A DNA stretch of 64,000 nt from Pseudomonadota bacterium (GTDB lineage Bacteria > Pseudomonadota > Gammaproteobacteria > JAKAQQ01): positions 31,319 to 95,318 of the forward strand of contig DAHVLZ010000042.1 of assembly GCA_027320085.1 (NCBI GenBank), written 5' to 3'. Of the stretch, positions 28,114 to 38,270 are shown one piece after another (the stretch's first letter is position 1; every line of letters starts with the position of its first letter). The position numbers and the translations under genes are program-made. The notes beneath the pieces are model-generated. The model ran no database searches, was not told the DNA's origin, and worked only from the letters and a program-made list of their open reading frames with translations.

Positions 28114-29172
28114 ATGACGAATCCACCCGGATTTTCGTTGCCCGAGCTGGATGAGCGCGCCCGCACCGTACTGAAGCTGCTGATCGAGCATTACATTGAG
28201 GACGGGCAACCGGTCGCGTCACGGACGTTGGCGCGCGATTTTGGCCATGCATTGAGCCCGGCCACCATTCGCAACGTCATGGCGGACCTTGAAGACGCAG
28301 GCTTGATCCAATCCCCCCATACCTCGGCCGGACGGGTCCCCACGGTTTTGGGGTACCGGTTTTTCGTCGACAGCCTGATCGAAGCACCGGCCATGGGTCC
28401 GGAACTGATTGAAACCCTGAAAACGGGGTTCGAACAGCGGCCGGTCACGATGGGGCAGTGGAGCGCGGCGACTGAACTGTTGTCCTCCATCACGCACCTG
28501 GCCGCGGTGGTGACCCTTCCCGGAAGGGACCAGCTCTCATGGGCCCGGATCGAGTTTGTCCCGCTGTCGGAACACCGGATCCTCGTTGTGCTTTTAACCG
28601 ATGATCAGGAGGTCCAAAACCGCCTGATCGAAACCGCGGTCCCCTATTCCCGGGATTTTCTGGCACAGGCGGCCCAGTTTTTGAACGAAATGTTCGTGGG
28701 AGGGAACCTGGAAGAGGTCCGCCAGCGCTTGGTGGCCGACCTGCAGAAGACTCAGGCGGGTCTTTCCGCCTGGATGAAGCAGGCCATGTCTCTTGCGGAA
28801 ACGATCTTGGACCAGACCTTGACTCCGACTCCCGAGGTGGTGGTGAGCGGGGAGGTCAATCTCATGGATTTCGATGAGCTGAGAGACTTGTCCCGGCTGC
28901 GGGATCTTCTCGATACACTGACCCGCCAGCGGGATCTCATCCGTCTCTTTGATGCCAGTGTGCGGGCCGACCGGGTCCAGATTTATATCGGGAGCGAGTC
29001 CGGGTATAATGCGCTCAGTCCCTGCTCAGTGATCCTTTCGCCGTACCGGGCGGGCGGGCGGACTTTGGGGGTCCTCGGGGTGATCGGTCCGACGCGGATT
29101 CCGTACAATAAGATCATTCCGATCGTGCAGGTCAGTGCCGATCTGATCGGCGCATCGCTGCAAAACCATTGA
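28114..29172 (+). CDS. hrcA: Heat-inducible transcription repressor HrcA
   Basis: YIEDGQPVASRTL, SPATIRNVMADLE, PHTSAGRVPT, GVIGPTR. Confidence 0.97.
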   Translation: MTNPPGFSLPELDERARTVLKLLIEHYIEDGQPVASRTLARDFGHALSPATIRNVMADLEDAGLIQSPHTSAGRVPTVLGYRFFVDSLIEAPAMGPELIETLKTGFEQRPVTMGQWSAATELLSSITHLAAVVTLPGRDQLSWARIEFVPLSEHRILVVLLTDDQEVQNRLIETAVPYSRDFLAQAAQFLNEMFVGGNLEEVRQRLVADLQKTQAGLSAWMKQAMSLAETILDQTLTPTPEVVVSGEVNLMDFDELRDLSRLRDLLDTLTRQRDLIRLFDASVRADRVQIYIGSESGYNALSPCSVILSPYRAGGRTLGVLGVIGPTRIPYNKIIPIVQVSADLIGASLQNH

Positions 29173-29259
29173 GGGTGGTCTCCCCGCTGCGGCCGCCTCC
29201 GGTTTGGCGCTCAAGACCGGCTTCTTGGGAAGAGAGGCCGGCTTCTGCTGTGATTCATC

Positions 29260-29835
29260 GTGCTGGAGAGAAAAGTGATGCTGGAAGATCCACAGGCCCT
29301 GTCACCCGGTTGCCCGGATAGCGCCGAGCCGTCCTCTGAGGGCGATGCGGGGGGGGCGGACCGGATCGGGCAGCTTCAAGCCAACCTGGAAGACGCCGAG
29401 CGGAAGGCCCAGGAGAACTGGGAGCGCTACCTGCGCGTGGCCGCCGAACTCGAGAACCTGAAGAAGCGGACGCAGCGTGAGGTGGAAAATGCCCATCGCT
29501 ATGCGCTGGAAGGGTTTCTCGCCGATCTCCTGGCGGTCAAGGACAGTCTGGAACTGGGTCTCCTGAGTGCGGGCGGGGACGAAGGGAGCGGGCTTAAAGA
29601 AGGGGTTGAGTTGACGCTCCGGCTTTTCAAGCAGCTCCTTGAAAAACAAGGCGTGGATGAAATCAACCCCCTTCATGAGCAGTTTGATCCGGAGTATCAG
29701 GAAGCTATTGGAACCGATTCCGAGCCGGAAGCCGGTCCCGGGATCGTGCTCCGGGTCATTCAGAAGGGGTATCGTTTGAAAGGGCGCCTCCTGCGTCCCG
29801 CACGGGTCATCGTGAACCGGCCTGAAGAGACTTGA
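29260..29835 (+). CDS. grpE: Nucleotide exchange factor GrpE (start may be 29278)
   Basis: YLR-AAELENLKKR, FDPEYQEA, QKGY-L-GRLLRPARV. Confidence 0.95.
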   Translation: MLERKVMLEDPQALSPGCPDSAEPSSEGDAGGADRIGQLQANLEDAERKAQENWERYLRVAAELENLKKRTQREVENAHRYALEGFLADLLAVKDSLELGLLSAGGDEGSGLKEGVELTLRLFKQLLEKQGVDEINPLHEQFDPEYQEAIGTDSEPEAGPGIVLRVIQKGYRLKGRLLRPARVIVNRPEET

Positions 29836-29858
29836 TCCCGGAGCGTCCATCCCCATAT
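29831..29858 (+). promoter_or_regulatory. Sigma32 (RpoH) promoter of dnaK-dnaJ
   Basis: CTTGAT (29831-36), 14 bp spacer, CCCCATAT (29851-58) versus consensus CTTGAA-N13/14-CCCCATNT; the -35 overlaps the grpE stop codon. Confidence 0.85.
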
Positions 29859-29923
29859 TCGAGTTGATAGCGGTGATGAGCCTCCGGTCCGGATTGTGAT
29901 CGGAACCGTTTTTGGAGAAAATT

Positions 29924-31858
29924 ATGTCTAAAATCATTGGCATCGATTTGGGAACCACGAATTCATGCGTCGCCGTCATGGAGGGGGGGCAACCCAAGGT
30001 GATTCCCAATAGCGAAGGCGATCGAACCACTCCCTCGGTCGTGGCTTTTGGGAAGGACGGTGATGTCCTGGTCGGGCAGATGGCCAAGCGCCAGGCTGTG
30101 ACCAATCCCAAAAATACCCTGTATGCGGTCAAGCGGTTGATCGGACGCCGGTTTAACGAAGCGATGGTCCAAGATGCCCTGAAACGCTCTCCGTTCTCAA
30201 TTGTTCAGGCAAAAAATGGTGACGCATGGGTCGAAGTGGCGGGCAAGCAGATGTCTCCACCCGAAATTTCGGCCCGAGTTCTCATGAAAATGAAAAAAAC
30301 GGCGGAGGACTACCTCGGAGAGACCGTGACCGATGCGGTGATTACCGTACCGGCCTACTTCAATGATTCCCAGCGGCAGGCGACGAAGGACGCAGGCCGC
30401 ATTGCGGGACTGGAGGTTAAGCGGATCATCAACGAGCCGACCGCGGCGGCTCTGGCTTTTGGCTTGGATAAGAAACCGAAAGATACCAAGGTCGCGGTTT
30501 ACGATCTCGGTGGAGGAACGTTCGACATCTCGATCATCGAGATTGCCGAGGTCGATGGCGAGCAGCAGTTCGAGGTTCTGTCGACGAACGGAGATACGTT
30601 CCTCGGAGGTGAGGATTTTGACAGGCGGGTGATCGACTATCTGGCCGACGAATTCCGCAAGGAGCAGGGGATTGATGTGCGAAATGACCCCCTGGCCATG
30701 CAGCGGCTCCGGGAGGCGGCGGAAAAAGCCAAGATCGAGCTGAGCTCGACCCAGCAGACGGAAATCAACCTGCCTTACATTACAGCGGATGCCAGTGGCC
30801 CCAAACATCTCAACATCCGTTTGACCCGGGCCAAACTGGAGGCTTTGGTCGACGACCTGATTCAAAAGACCATCGAGCCCTGCCGTCTGGCAATCCAGGA
30901 TGCCCACCTGTCGGTGCGGGACATCGACGATGTCATTCTGGTGGGCGGGCAGACCCGCATGCCCAAGGTGCAGGCTGTGGTCCGTGAGTTCTTCGGCAAG
31001 GAACCCCGCCGGGATGTCAATCCGGACGAGGCTGTGGCGATTGGTGCGGCGATTCAGGGGGGCGTGTTGCAGGGGGAAGTCAAGGACGTGCTGCTTCTCG
31101 ATGTCACCCCGCTTTCCCTGGGAATTGAGACGCTCGGCGGAGTCATGACCCGGATCATCGACAAGAACACCACGATCCCCACCAAGGCGACGCAGGTGTT
31201 TTCGACGGCTGATGACAACCAGTCGGCGGTCACGATTCACGTGGTCCAGGGAGAACGCGAACTGGCACGTGACAACAAGTCTCTGGGACGTTTCGACCTC
31301 ACGGGGATTCCCACGGCTCCACGGGGTGTGCCGCAGATCGAGGTCACGTTCGATATCGATGCCAACGGGATTCTCCATGTATCCGCGAAAGACAAGGCGA
31401 CCGGTAAGGAGCAATCGATCGTCATCCGGGCCTCGAGTGGGCTGACGGAGGACGAAATCAAGCGGATGGTGGCCGAGGCCGAAGCGCATCGCGAGGAGGA
31501 CCGGCGGGCACGTGAGCGGATCGAGGCCCGGAATCAGGCGGATACCCTGATTCATGTCACCGAGAAGACCCTTCAGGAGATGGGCGAAAAGGTGCCGGCG
31601 GAGGAACGGGCTCGTGTCGAAGCCGCCCTCTCCGACCTCAAGGGGGTTCTGGATACCGGGGACCAGGCGACCTTGGAGGCCAAGACCCAAGCCTTGGCTC
31701 AGGCCAGCGCCTCTCTGGGCCAGCGGCTTTACGAAAACACCGGTGCACAGTCCGGTGCGGCTAACGCGAATGGCAACGACCCGGGCCGGCCCGGCGGCGA
31801 GGAAGTGGTGGATGCTGAGTTTGAAGAGGTGGACGACCACAAGAACGGCAAGTCATGA
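29924..31858 (+). CDS. dnaK: Chaperone DnaK
   Basis: [54 protein letters not shown]. Confidence 0.99.
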   Translation: MSKIIGIDLGTTNSCVAVMEGGQPKVIPNSEGDRTTPSVVAFGKDGDVLVGQMAKRQAVTNPKNTLYAVKRLIGRRFNEAMVQDALKRSPFSIVQAKNGDAWVEVAGKQMSPPEISARVLMKMKKTAEDYLGETVTDAVITVPAYFNDSQRQATKDAGRIAGLEVKRIINEPTAAALAFGLDKKPKDTKVAVYDLGGGTFDISIIEIAEVDGEQQFEVLSTNGDTFLGGEDFDRRVIDYLADEFRKEQGIDVRNDPLAMQRLREAAEKAKIELSSTQQTEINLPYITADASGPKHLNIRLTRAKLEALVDDLIQKTIEPCRLAIQDAHLSVRDIDDVILVGGQTRMPKVQAVVREFFGKEPRRDVNPDEAVAIGAAIQGGVLQGEVKDVLLLDVTPLSLGIETLGGVMTRIIDKNTTIPTKATQVFSTADDNQSAVTIHVVQGERELARDNKSLGRFDLTGIPTAPRGVPQIEVTFDIDANGILHVSAKDKATGKEQSIVIRASSGLTEDEIKRMVAEAEAHREEDRRARERIEARNQADTLIHVTEKTLQEMGEKVPAEERARVEAALSDLKGVLDTGDQATLEAKTQALAQASASLGQRLYENTGAQSGAANANGNDPGRPGGEEVVDAEFEEVDDHKNGKS

Positions 31859-31908
31859 GGAAGTTCGTGCAGTGGATCTGCGGGTAGCTTGAGCCCGAGC
31901 GGTCTCGT

Positions 31909-32967
31909 ATGGTGACTTCGAAGCTTGATTATTACGAGACACTCTCGGTTTCCCGTGATGCGAGCCCGGAGGAAATCAAGAAGGCGTTCCGGCGCTTGGC
32001 GATGAAGCTGCACCCCGATCGTAATCCGGGGTCGAGGGAAGCGGAGGAACAGTTCAAGACGGTGAAGGAAGCCTTTGACGTGCTCTATGACCCGGAACGC
32101 CGAGCACTCTATGACCGCTATGGCCACGCCGGTCTCGCGGGGCAGGCGGGGGCCTCACCGGGTTTTGACCCCAACGAGATTTTCGGTGACCTGTTTGGCA
32201 GCATCTTCGGATCTGCATTCGGGCAGGCGCGCCATGCCCGGGGACGCGATCTGGTCTATGCTCTGGAACTGGACCTGGAGCAGGTGGCTCAAGGCGAGTC
32301 CGTCCCGCTTGAATATGAAACGCTTGTGACCTGCGAGGATTGCGGGGGGAGTGGCTCGAAACCCGGCTCCCGTCCGGAACGATGCGTGGATTGTCGTGGA
32401 ACGGGTGAAATCCGGGTCCAGCAGGGTTTTTTTACCCTCCGGCAAACCTGTCCGCGATGTCAGGGACGGGGCCAGTCTCAGAAGGGAGATTGTCGAGGAT
32501 GCCACGGTTCAGGCCGAATCCGTTCCCATCGCCGGATTGAAGTCAGGATCCCACCCGGGGTTGACGAGGGCGATCGGATTCGGCTTTCAGGTTTGGGTGA
32601 GGCGGGTGAGGCGGGACAACCGGGCGGGGATCTCTATGTGGAGATTCACATCCGCGCCCACCAGAGGTTCCGGCGTGAGGGCGGGGATCTGTACTGCGAG
32701 CTCCCCGTTCGATATACCCTGCTTGCGCTGGGTGGAGTGGTGGAGGTCGAGACCTTGCAGGGAAAGCATCCACTCAAAATCGGACCGTCGACCCCGGACG
32801 GTGCCCTACTTCGGCTCCAGGGTCAGGGTATGCCCACGCTCAAGAACAAGAAGCGAGGGGACCTGATCTGCCGGGTCACCGTCGTGATCCCCACGCACCT
32901 GACCGAGGACCAGAAGCGCCTGCTCCGGGAACTGGAGTCCAGCATCGCCGCTGCCCGCAAGGTTTAG
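31909..32967 (+). CDS. dnaJ: Chaperone DnaJ
   Basis: J-domain HPD; four CxxCxGxG repeats; GDLYV. Confidence 0.96.
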   Translation: MVTSKLDYYETLSVSRDASPEEIKKAFRRLAMKLHPDRNPGSREAEEQFKTVKEAFDVLYDPERRALYDRYGHAGLAGQAGASPGFDPNEIFGDLFGSIFGSAFGQARHARGRDLVYALELDLEQVAQGESVPLEYETLVTCEDCGGSGSKPGSRPERCVDCRGTGEIRVQQGFFTLRQTCPRCQGRGQSQKGDCRGCHGSGRIRSHRRIEVRIPPGVDEGDRIRLSGLGEAGEAGQPGGDLYVEIHIRAHQRFRREGGDLYCELPVRYTLLALGGVVEVETLQGKHPLKIGPSTPDGALLRLQGQGMPTLKNKKRGDLICRVTVVIPTHLTEDQKRLLRELESSIAAARKV

Positions 32968-32968
32968 C

Positions 32969-34438
32969 CTAGATCTTCCCGCGCGGGGTCGTGACCCTTT
33001 CATCCGTCGGATTCACTCGGCCCGACCCCGGGCGCCGAAACTTTTCGATCGCCCGCAGGCGCGTCGCCGTGTGGTCAACCACGGGAGCTGGGTAATCGTG
33101 GCCGATGAGGCATCCCGTGGTCGATTGTAGTGCGGGCGGCATGAGCCAGGGCGTGTGGATAAAGCGATTCGGAACCTGGTTCAGGGTGGGCAGGTAGGAC
33201 CGGACGAAATGACCTTCCGGATCGTAACGCTGTCCCTGAAGGACGGGATTCAGGACGCGGAAATAGGGCGCTGCGTCTGTGCCGGTCCCGGCACTCCATT
33301 GCCAGCCGCCCACGTTGCTGGCTTGGTCGTAGTCCATCAGCCAGAAGCGGAACTGCTGCTCACCCCTGCGCCAGTGAACATCGAGATTCTTGGTGAGAAA
33401 CATGGCCACGATCATGCGGAGGCGGTTGTGCATCCAACCTGTTTGCCTGACCTGCAGGATGGCCGCGTCGACGATGGGATACCCCGTCCGGCCCTGTATC
33501 CACGCCTCCCAAAGGTCCGGATCGCTGCTCCACGCCAGGTCGGCATACTTGTGATCAAAGGCCTCGTTTGCCGTCTGGGGAAAGTGAAACAGGATCATCC
33601 GGTAAAAGTCTCGCCAGATCAGTTCGGTGAGCCACGTCCCCGGGCCTTTCATCCCGTGGCCGGCCCCCCGTTCCAGCGCCGCATTCACGCATCGTCGGAT
33701 GGAAAGGGTCCCGGCTGAGAGGTGGGGTGAAAGCCGGGAAGTGCCCTCCACCGCCGGTATATCGCGTTGGGATCCGTATTGGGCGATCGGCTGGTTGCAA
33801 AAAACCCTCAGTCGATGGATCGCAGCCCGTTCGCCTGGTGCTTGGATGAGGTCCACACGGGGGAATCCAAACGCACTGGGCGGTGGGATCGGGTCGGATT
33901 GCACGGGGATCACGGATCGGGGCCGAGGCGATCCCGTTGTGACCGGTGGACTCATGCCCAAGCGGGCGAGCCACGTCCGCCGGTAGGGCGAGAAAACGGT
34001 ATAGGGTTTCCCACTGGAGGAAAGAATCTCGCTTTCCTCAAAAATTGCCCCATCTTTGAATCCGTGGACGGTCAGACCGATCCGGGCCGCCTCCCGAATC
34101 AACCGGGCGTCCTGTTTGCGTTGTGCCGGTTCGTATTCCTTGTTGAACACGATGGACGAAGCCTTGAATTCTGAGGCGAGAGCCAGAAGCGTTTGCACCG
34201 GGTCCTCTGTGACCCGGAACTTGAGGGGAATATTCAGGTGGGCCAGACCCAGGGAAAGCTCTGAAAGCGAAGTCAGCCAAAAGCTGGCTTGATGAACGCC
34301 CAGCTGGCCGGTCTGGGCAGAAAACCAGCGGCGATCACAACAAAAGACACCGATGACCGGATTGTCATTCCGGCAGGCGGCGGCCAGCGCCGCATTGTCC
34401 TCCAGCCGCAAGTCTCTTCTAAACCAGTGCAAAATCAC
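32969..34438 (-). CDS. phrB: Class I CPD DNA photolyase
   Basis: WFRRDLRLEDN, GTSRLSPHL, ELIWRDFY, GRTGYPIVDA, GWMHNRLRM, GGWQWSA, DAAPYFR. Confidence 0.94.
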   Translation of the reverse strand: MILHWFRRDLRLEDNAALAAACRNDNPVIGVFCCDRRWFSAQTGQLGVHQASFWLTSLSELSLGLAHLNIPLKFRVTEDPVQTLLALASEFKASSIVFNKEYEPAQRKQDARLIREAARIGLTVHGFKDGAIFEESEILSSSGKPYTVFSPYRRTWLARLGMSPPVTTGSPRPRSVIPVQSDPIPPPSAFGFPRVDLIQAPGERAAIHRLRVFCNQPIAQYGSQRDIPAVEGTSRLSPHLSAGTLSIRRCVNAALERGAGHGMKGPGTWLTELIWRDFYRMILFHFPQTANEAFDHKYADLAWSSDPDLWEAWIQGRTGYPIVDAAILQVRQTGWMHNRLRMIVAMFLTKNLDVHWRRGEQQFRFWLMDYDQASNVGGWQWSAGTGTDAAPYFRVLNPVLQGQRYDPEGHFVRSYLPTLNQVPNRFIHTPWLMPPALQSTTGCLIGHDYPAPVVDHTATRLRAIEKFRRPGSGRVNPTDERVTTPRGKI

Positions 34439-34501
34439 GGTTTCGGAAATCCCGGACGGGCCCAGACTCAGAGGTCGGTTCGATCGTTCGCGAAGGGCAG
34501 G

Positions 34502-35356
34502 CTAGAGGAATCGCCGAGCTCCGGCCACCAGAATGGGGATGGACACGCGTTCCACCGGGTGTGGCAATTCCAGCGGCCGGAGACACATCCGGACTGCCAT
34601 CTCGAACGGGAAGTGATCGCGGGTCATCTGGTTCAGGATCATGCGGAACTGTTCGTAATGCTCAGGATCGAAAACGCGGTCCGGATAGCGGACTTGGTAG
34701 GCATGTTTGTAGGCAATCAGTCCATCTTCGCTGTCGATTTCCCGGATACGCGTCCATAGCGCCTTTAAGATCGCCCGGCGCGAAACCGATTCCTGTCGGG
34801 CGTATTTCCGGAAATAACGGAAAAAATACTTGTAATGGCCGACTTCATCGGTCCGGATATGGTGGGCAATCATTTTGAGGAGCGGTTCCGGGGACGCATC
34901 CCGGACCATCGTGTAGTAAGACGATGTACCGGTCTCGACGATACAGCGGGCGACCATTTCCTGCGATCGAGTCGCTTCCAGCTGGGTGGCATTGCAAAGA
35001 CGCCCATATTCCCGGTAAAAGTTCTGATAGGCCAGATCCCAGTCAAAGCTGGGCCAGACGGTTTCCACGTAGCGTTTGAGGGCGGCACCATGTTGCAGCT
35101 CCTCGGGCTGCCAATGATCATGAAGCCAGGTCGTGACCTCGTCGTCACCCACATAATGCGCAGTCAGGTTCGAGGTATAGAGATCGGTTGTGATCTCGAC
35201 GAAGGAAGCCGTGGATACAAGGAAAAAAAAGACCTCGTTGTCTACGATCCGATCAGCTTCAAGCGACTCCCAGGGAAGCTCATCCACGTTCCAGTGATCC
35301 GGTCGGGGGGGCTGAGTGAACCTCCCGGCTTCTTCTCGGCTGACCTCTCCCGACAT
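34502..35356 (-). CDS. Ferritin-like diiron-carboxylate protein, function unknown
   Basis: Ligand pattern SFVE...EELQH...VETG...DEVGH (two E/DExxH motifs). Confidence 0.8.
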   Translation of the reverse strand: MSGEVSREEAGRFTQPPRPDHWNVDELPWESLEADRIVDNEVFFFLVSTASFVEITTDLYTSNLTAHYVGDDEVTTWLHDHWQPEELQHGAALKRYVETVWPSFDWDLAYQNFYREYGRLCNATQLEATRSQEMVARCIVETGTSSYYTMVRDASPEPLLKMIAHHIRTDEVGHYKYFFRYFRKYARQESVSRRAILKALWTRIREIDSEDGLIAYKHAYQVRYPDRVFDPEHYEQFRMILNQMTRDHFPFEMAVRMCLRPLELPHPVERVSIPILVAGARRFL

Positions 35357-35384
35357 CTCGGCCCCTCTTCGGAGGTAACTTTAG

Positions 35385-35413
35385 ATCATAGGGGAAGTCG
35401 TTTTTTTTTACAA
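35385..35413 (-). promoter_or_regulatory. Sigma70 promoter of the ferritin-like gene, with an A9 tract across the -35 and spacer
   Basis: Minus strand TTGTAA (35413-08), 17 bp spacer, TATGAT (35390-85). Confidence 0.7.
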
Positions 35414-35465
35414 GAAAGCTTGGGGATCCGTTTGAAATCCCGGCTGGGACAGCTGTGTGCCCAAT

Positions 35466-36908
35466 TCAAATCACGCGTGAGTACCGTGGGACCCGCTCTC
35501 CCCTGAGGTAGTGATCAAAGATCATGCAGATATTGCGGACCAGCAAACGTCCCTTGAGGGTGACCTCGATTTCCCGGGCCTCAATCGAAAGGAGGCCCAG
35601 CGCTTCCAGCTCCGCGAGCTTCCGGAGCTCGTCCGGGAAATAGGCCTCGAACCGGATGCCGTAGCCTTCCTCGATGTCCGGAATGGAAATCCGGAACTCG
35701 CAGGCCAAGGAATGGATGATGCGGCGGCGCAGGCGATCATCGGGGGTCAGGACCATTCCGCGGGAGATCGGCAGGCGGTTTTGGTCGATTCTTTGGTAAT
35801 AGGGGTCGAGGGTCCGAAAGTTCTGGCTGTAGCTCGCACCCATCATGCCGATGGCGGATATCCCCAAACCGATGAGGTTACATTCTGGATGGGTGGAATA
35901 TCCCTGGAAATTCCTTTGAAGACGTCGCTCCCGCTGGGCGATGGCCAGTTCGTCGTTTGCCCGGGCAAAGTGATCCATCCCGATATAGTGATAGCCCGCA
36001 CGGGTCAACTTCATCACGGCACACCGGAGGATTTCGAGTTTCACCTCGGGGGGCGGAAGATCCCCGGCATCAATCTTTTGCTGGGGACGAAAAAGCTCGG
36101 GGAGATGGGCATAGTTGTAAAGTGCAATCCGGTCGGGATCGATGGCCAGGATCTGGTCGAGTGTCCGTTCAAAACTTTCAACCGATTGCGCCGGCAACCC
36201 GTAGATCAGGTCGAGGTTGATGGAACGGTACCCCGATTGGCGTGCACCCTCCACGACCCGCATGGTCTCTTCTTCGGACTGGATTCGGTGGACCTTTTTC
36301 TGGACCTGGGGATCGAAATCCTGGACCCCAATACTGATGCGATTAAATCCCAAAGACCGCAGGAACGCCACCGTCTCCCGGTCGGCCGTTCGGGGATCCA
36401 CCTCAATTGAGTATTCTCCTTGCTCATCCTCCGCGAGGGAAAACCGGTTCCGGATGGCTTGCATGAGATGGGCCATCTGTTCCCGATCAAGATAGGTGGG
36501 CGTTCCCCCCCCCCAATGCAATTGACTCACCCGCCGCCCCGCCTGGAAGCGCGAGCTCTGGAGATCCAGTTCCCGCAGAAGATAATCGAGGTACTTTGCG
36601 GCCTTGCCCCGGTTCCGGGTCACGATCTTGTTGCACGCACAGTAAAAGCACAGGTGCGCACAGAACGGGATGTGAAAATACAGCGACAGGTCGCGCGGCT
36701 GCGGGGCCTCATTCTCCCGGGCCACGCAGTCCTGATAGGTCGCCTCGTTGAAGTCCTCGGAGAAATGGTTGGCGGTCGGATAGGACGTATAGCGAGGACC
36801 CGGGCGATCCAGCCGCCGAATGAGCTCCGCATCGAAAACCACGGTCCGGAGTGTCTCCGCCGATGGGGTCGCGGGGGAAGGATCAGATGGACCTGTGCCG
36901 CTCTGCAT
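35466..36908 (-). CDS. hemN: Oxygen-independent coproporphyrinogen III oxidase
   Basis: GPRYTSYPTA, HIPFCAHLCFYCACN, HWGGGTPT, GMDHFA, RNFQGYST. Confidence 0.97.
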   Translation of the reverse strand: MQSGTGPSDPSPATPSAETLRTVVFDAELIRRLDRPGPRYTSYPTANHFSEDFNEATYQDCVARENEAPQPRDLSLYFHIPFCAHLCFYCACNKIVTRNRGKAAKYLDYLLRELDLQSSRFQAGRRVSQLHWGGGTPTYLDREQMAHLMQAIRNRFSLAEDEQGEYSIEVDPRTADRETVAFLRSLGFNRISIGVQDFDPQVQKKVHRIQSEEETMRVVEGARQSGYRSINLDLIYGLPAQSVESFERTLDQILAIDPDRIALYNYAHLPELFRPQQKIDAGDLPPPEVKLEILRCAVMKLTRAGYHYIGMDHFARANDELAIAQRERRLQRNFQGYSTHPECNLIGLGISAIGMMGASYSQNFRTLDPYYQRIDQNRLPISRGMVLTPDDRLRRRIIHSLACEFRISIPDIEEGYGIRFEAYFPDELRKLAELEALGLLSIEAREIEVTLKGRLLVRNICMIFDHYLRGERVPRYSRVI

Positions 36909-36975
36909 GCAAGTTCCATGCGGGTAAACCGGTTAATTGTATTCCTGATGCTAGGTTCGTGGTAATATCCTGAGG

Positions 36976-36989
36976 TTGACCCGCATCAA
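36976..36989. promoter_or_regulatory. FNR box between divergent hemN and fnr
   Basis: TTGAC-CCGC-ATCAA, one mismatch to TTGAT-N4-ATCAA; centred at about -41.5 from a hemN start site implied by minus-strand TAGCAT (36953-48). Confidence 0.85.
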
Positions 36990-37026
36990 AGTTTGGGTTC
37001 AGTGTCAGGCCGGAGGGGAATGTTCG

Positions 37027-37836
37027 ATGGCCGCCCGTATTGACAGTGCCAATCCCGCTTTCAGCCTGGAAAGCCTGAGAGCGGCTTGTTCGACCTGCGG
37101 CTTGGTGGAACTGTGCCTGCCTCTCGGTCTCTCGGCTGCGGAAATTGAACGGATTGATGCGATCGTTCGGCGCCGGCGCAAGATCCGGAAACACGAGGCA
37201 CTCTATCACGCCGGAACGGTTTGTCGTGCCCTCTATGCCGTTCGCGTGGGTTTTTTCAAGACCTGTGATCCGGAAAGTTCCGGTTCATCCCGGGTTTTCG
37301 GCTTTCACATGGCCGGGGAACTCCTTGGACTGGATGGCATCGCGGGTGGGGGACATACCTGCGAGGCGATTGCGCTCGAAGATAGTGAGGTCTGCGAGGT
37401 GTCTTTTGAGGATCTTGAAGCCCTGGGCCGTGAACTGCCTGCCCTGCAGAAACGTTTTCACCAGATCCTGAGTCGGGAAATCCAGCGCGATCACCAGATC
37501 ATGCGTGTTTTAGCCTGCAAGACGGCGGAGCAACGCTTGGCTGTGTTCTTGCTGGATCTCTCGGAACGGTACCAGATCCGTGGATATTCTCCCTCTTCGT
37601 TCTACCTGCGCATGTCACGCGAGGAAATCGGCAGTTATCTCGGGCTCCAGCTTGAAACGGTGAGTCGGTTATTCTCGAATTTCAGAAAGCGCGGATTGAT
37701 CGAGGTAGAACGTCGCCACCTGAACCTGACCGATCTCCCCGAGCTCCTGAGGATTGCGAGCGGTCCGGATCCAGCCGAATCCGCAGCTTCCGGATTTTTC
37801 GCGGAAGCTGGATCCTCTCCCAGCGGCAGGATTTAG
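37027..37836 (+). CDS. fnr: FNR/Anr oxygen-sensing transcription factor
   Basis: CSTC-x5-CLP Fe-S ligands plus EVCEV; GELLGLDG; recognition helix LETVSR. Confidence 0.94.
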   Translation: MAARIDSANPAFSLESLRAACSTCGLVELCLPLGLSAAEIERIDAIVRRRRKIRKHEALYHAGTVCRALYAVRVGFFKTCDPESSGSSRVFGFHMAGELLGLDGIAGGGHTCEAIALEDSEVCEVSFEDLEALGRELPALQKRFHQILSREIQRDHQIMRVLACKTAEQRLAVFLLDLSERYQIRGYSPSSFYLRMSREEIGSYLGLQLETVSRLFSNFRKRGLIEVERRHLNLTDLPELLRIASGPDPAESAASGFFAEAGSSPSGRI

Positions 37837-38171
37837 GTACTGGCCAGAACCAAAAGCCCCCCTGAAAATGCCAGATCGCTCATGAGCAGGATGACCTGGG
37901 TGGGGTTGGTGAAGTCCAGGTGGAAAATCACGGCTGCCGCGATACTAAACAAGGCGAGCACAAAGGCCGCGATGCGCATGCCCCGGCCGGCCAGGATCAT
38001 GAGACCCCCACCCAGCTCCAATGCGATGACGAAGGGTAACAGCCAAGAGGCAAGACCATGGGCCGCCATGAAGGCCTTCATCCCGTTGAAATCGATGATC
38101 TTCTGAATCGCAGAGATGATGAAGATCTGGGCCAGTAGGATCCGGCCCGCAACCCGCAAGGTATTACGCAT
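37833..38171 (-). CDS. DoxX family membrane protein
   Basis: GRILLAQIFI-SA-KI, ELGGGL-IL-G, AVIFH, DLA-SGGLL; hydrophobic helices. Confidence 0.85.
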   Translation of the reverse strand: MRNTLRVAGRILLAQIFIISAIQKIIDFNGMKAFMAAHGLASWLLPFVIALELGGGLMILAGRGMRIAAFVLALFSIAAAVIFHLDFTNPTQVILLMSDLAFSGGLLVLAST

Positions 38172-38270
38172 GGAAATCCTTCCTGTGAGAGACACGCAAG
38201 GAGTAGAAAAATATCAAAAATCCGCTGGCCCCGCAAATCCCGACCCTGGCACGGGACTCCGGTCCGTGAT

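Noticed and set aside
30197-31840. 547-aa antisense ORF over dnaK
   Set aside because: Well-known antisense open frame of hsp70 genes; no independent evidence of expression
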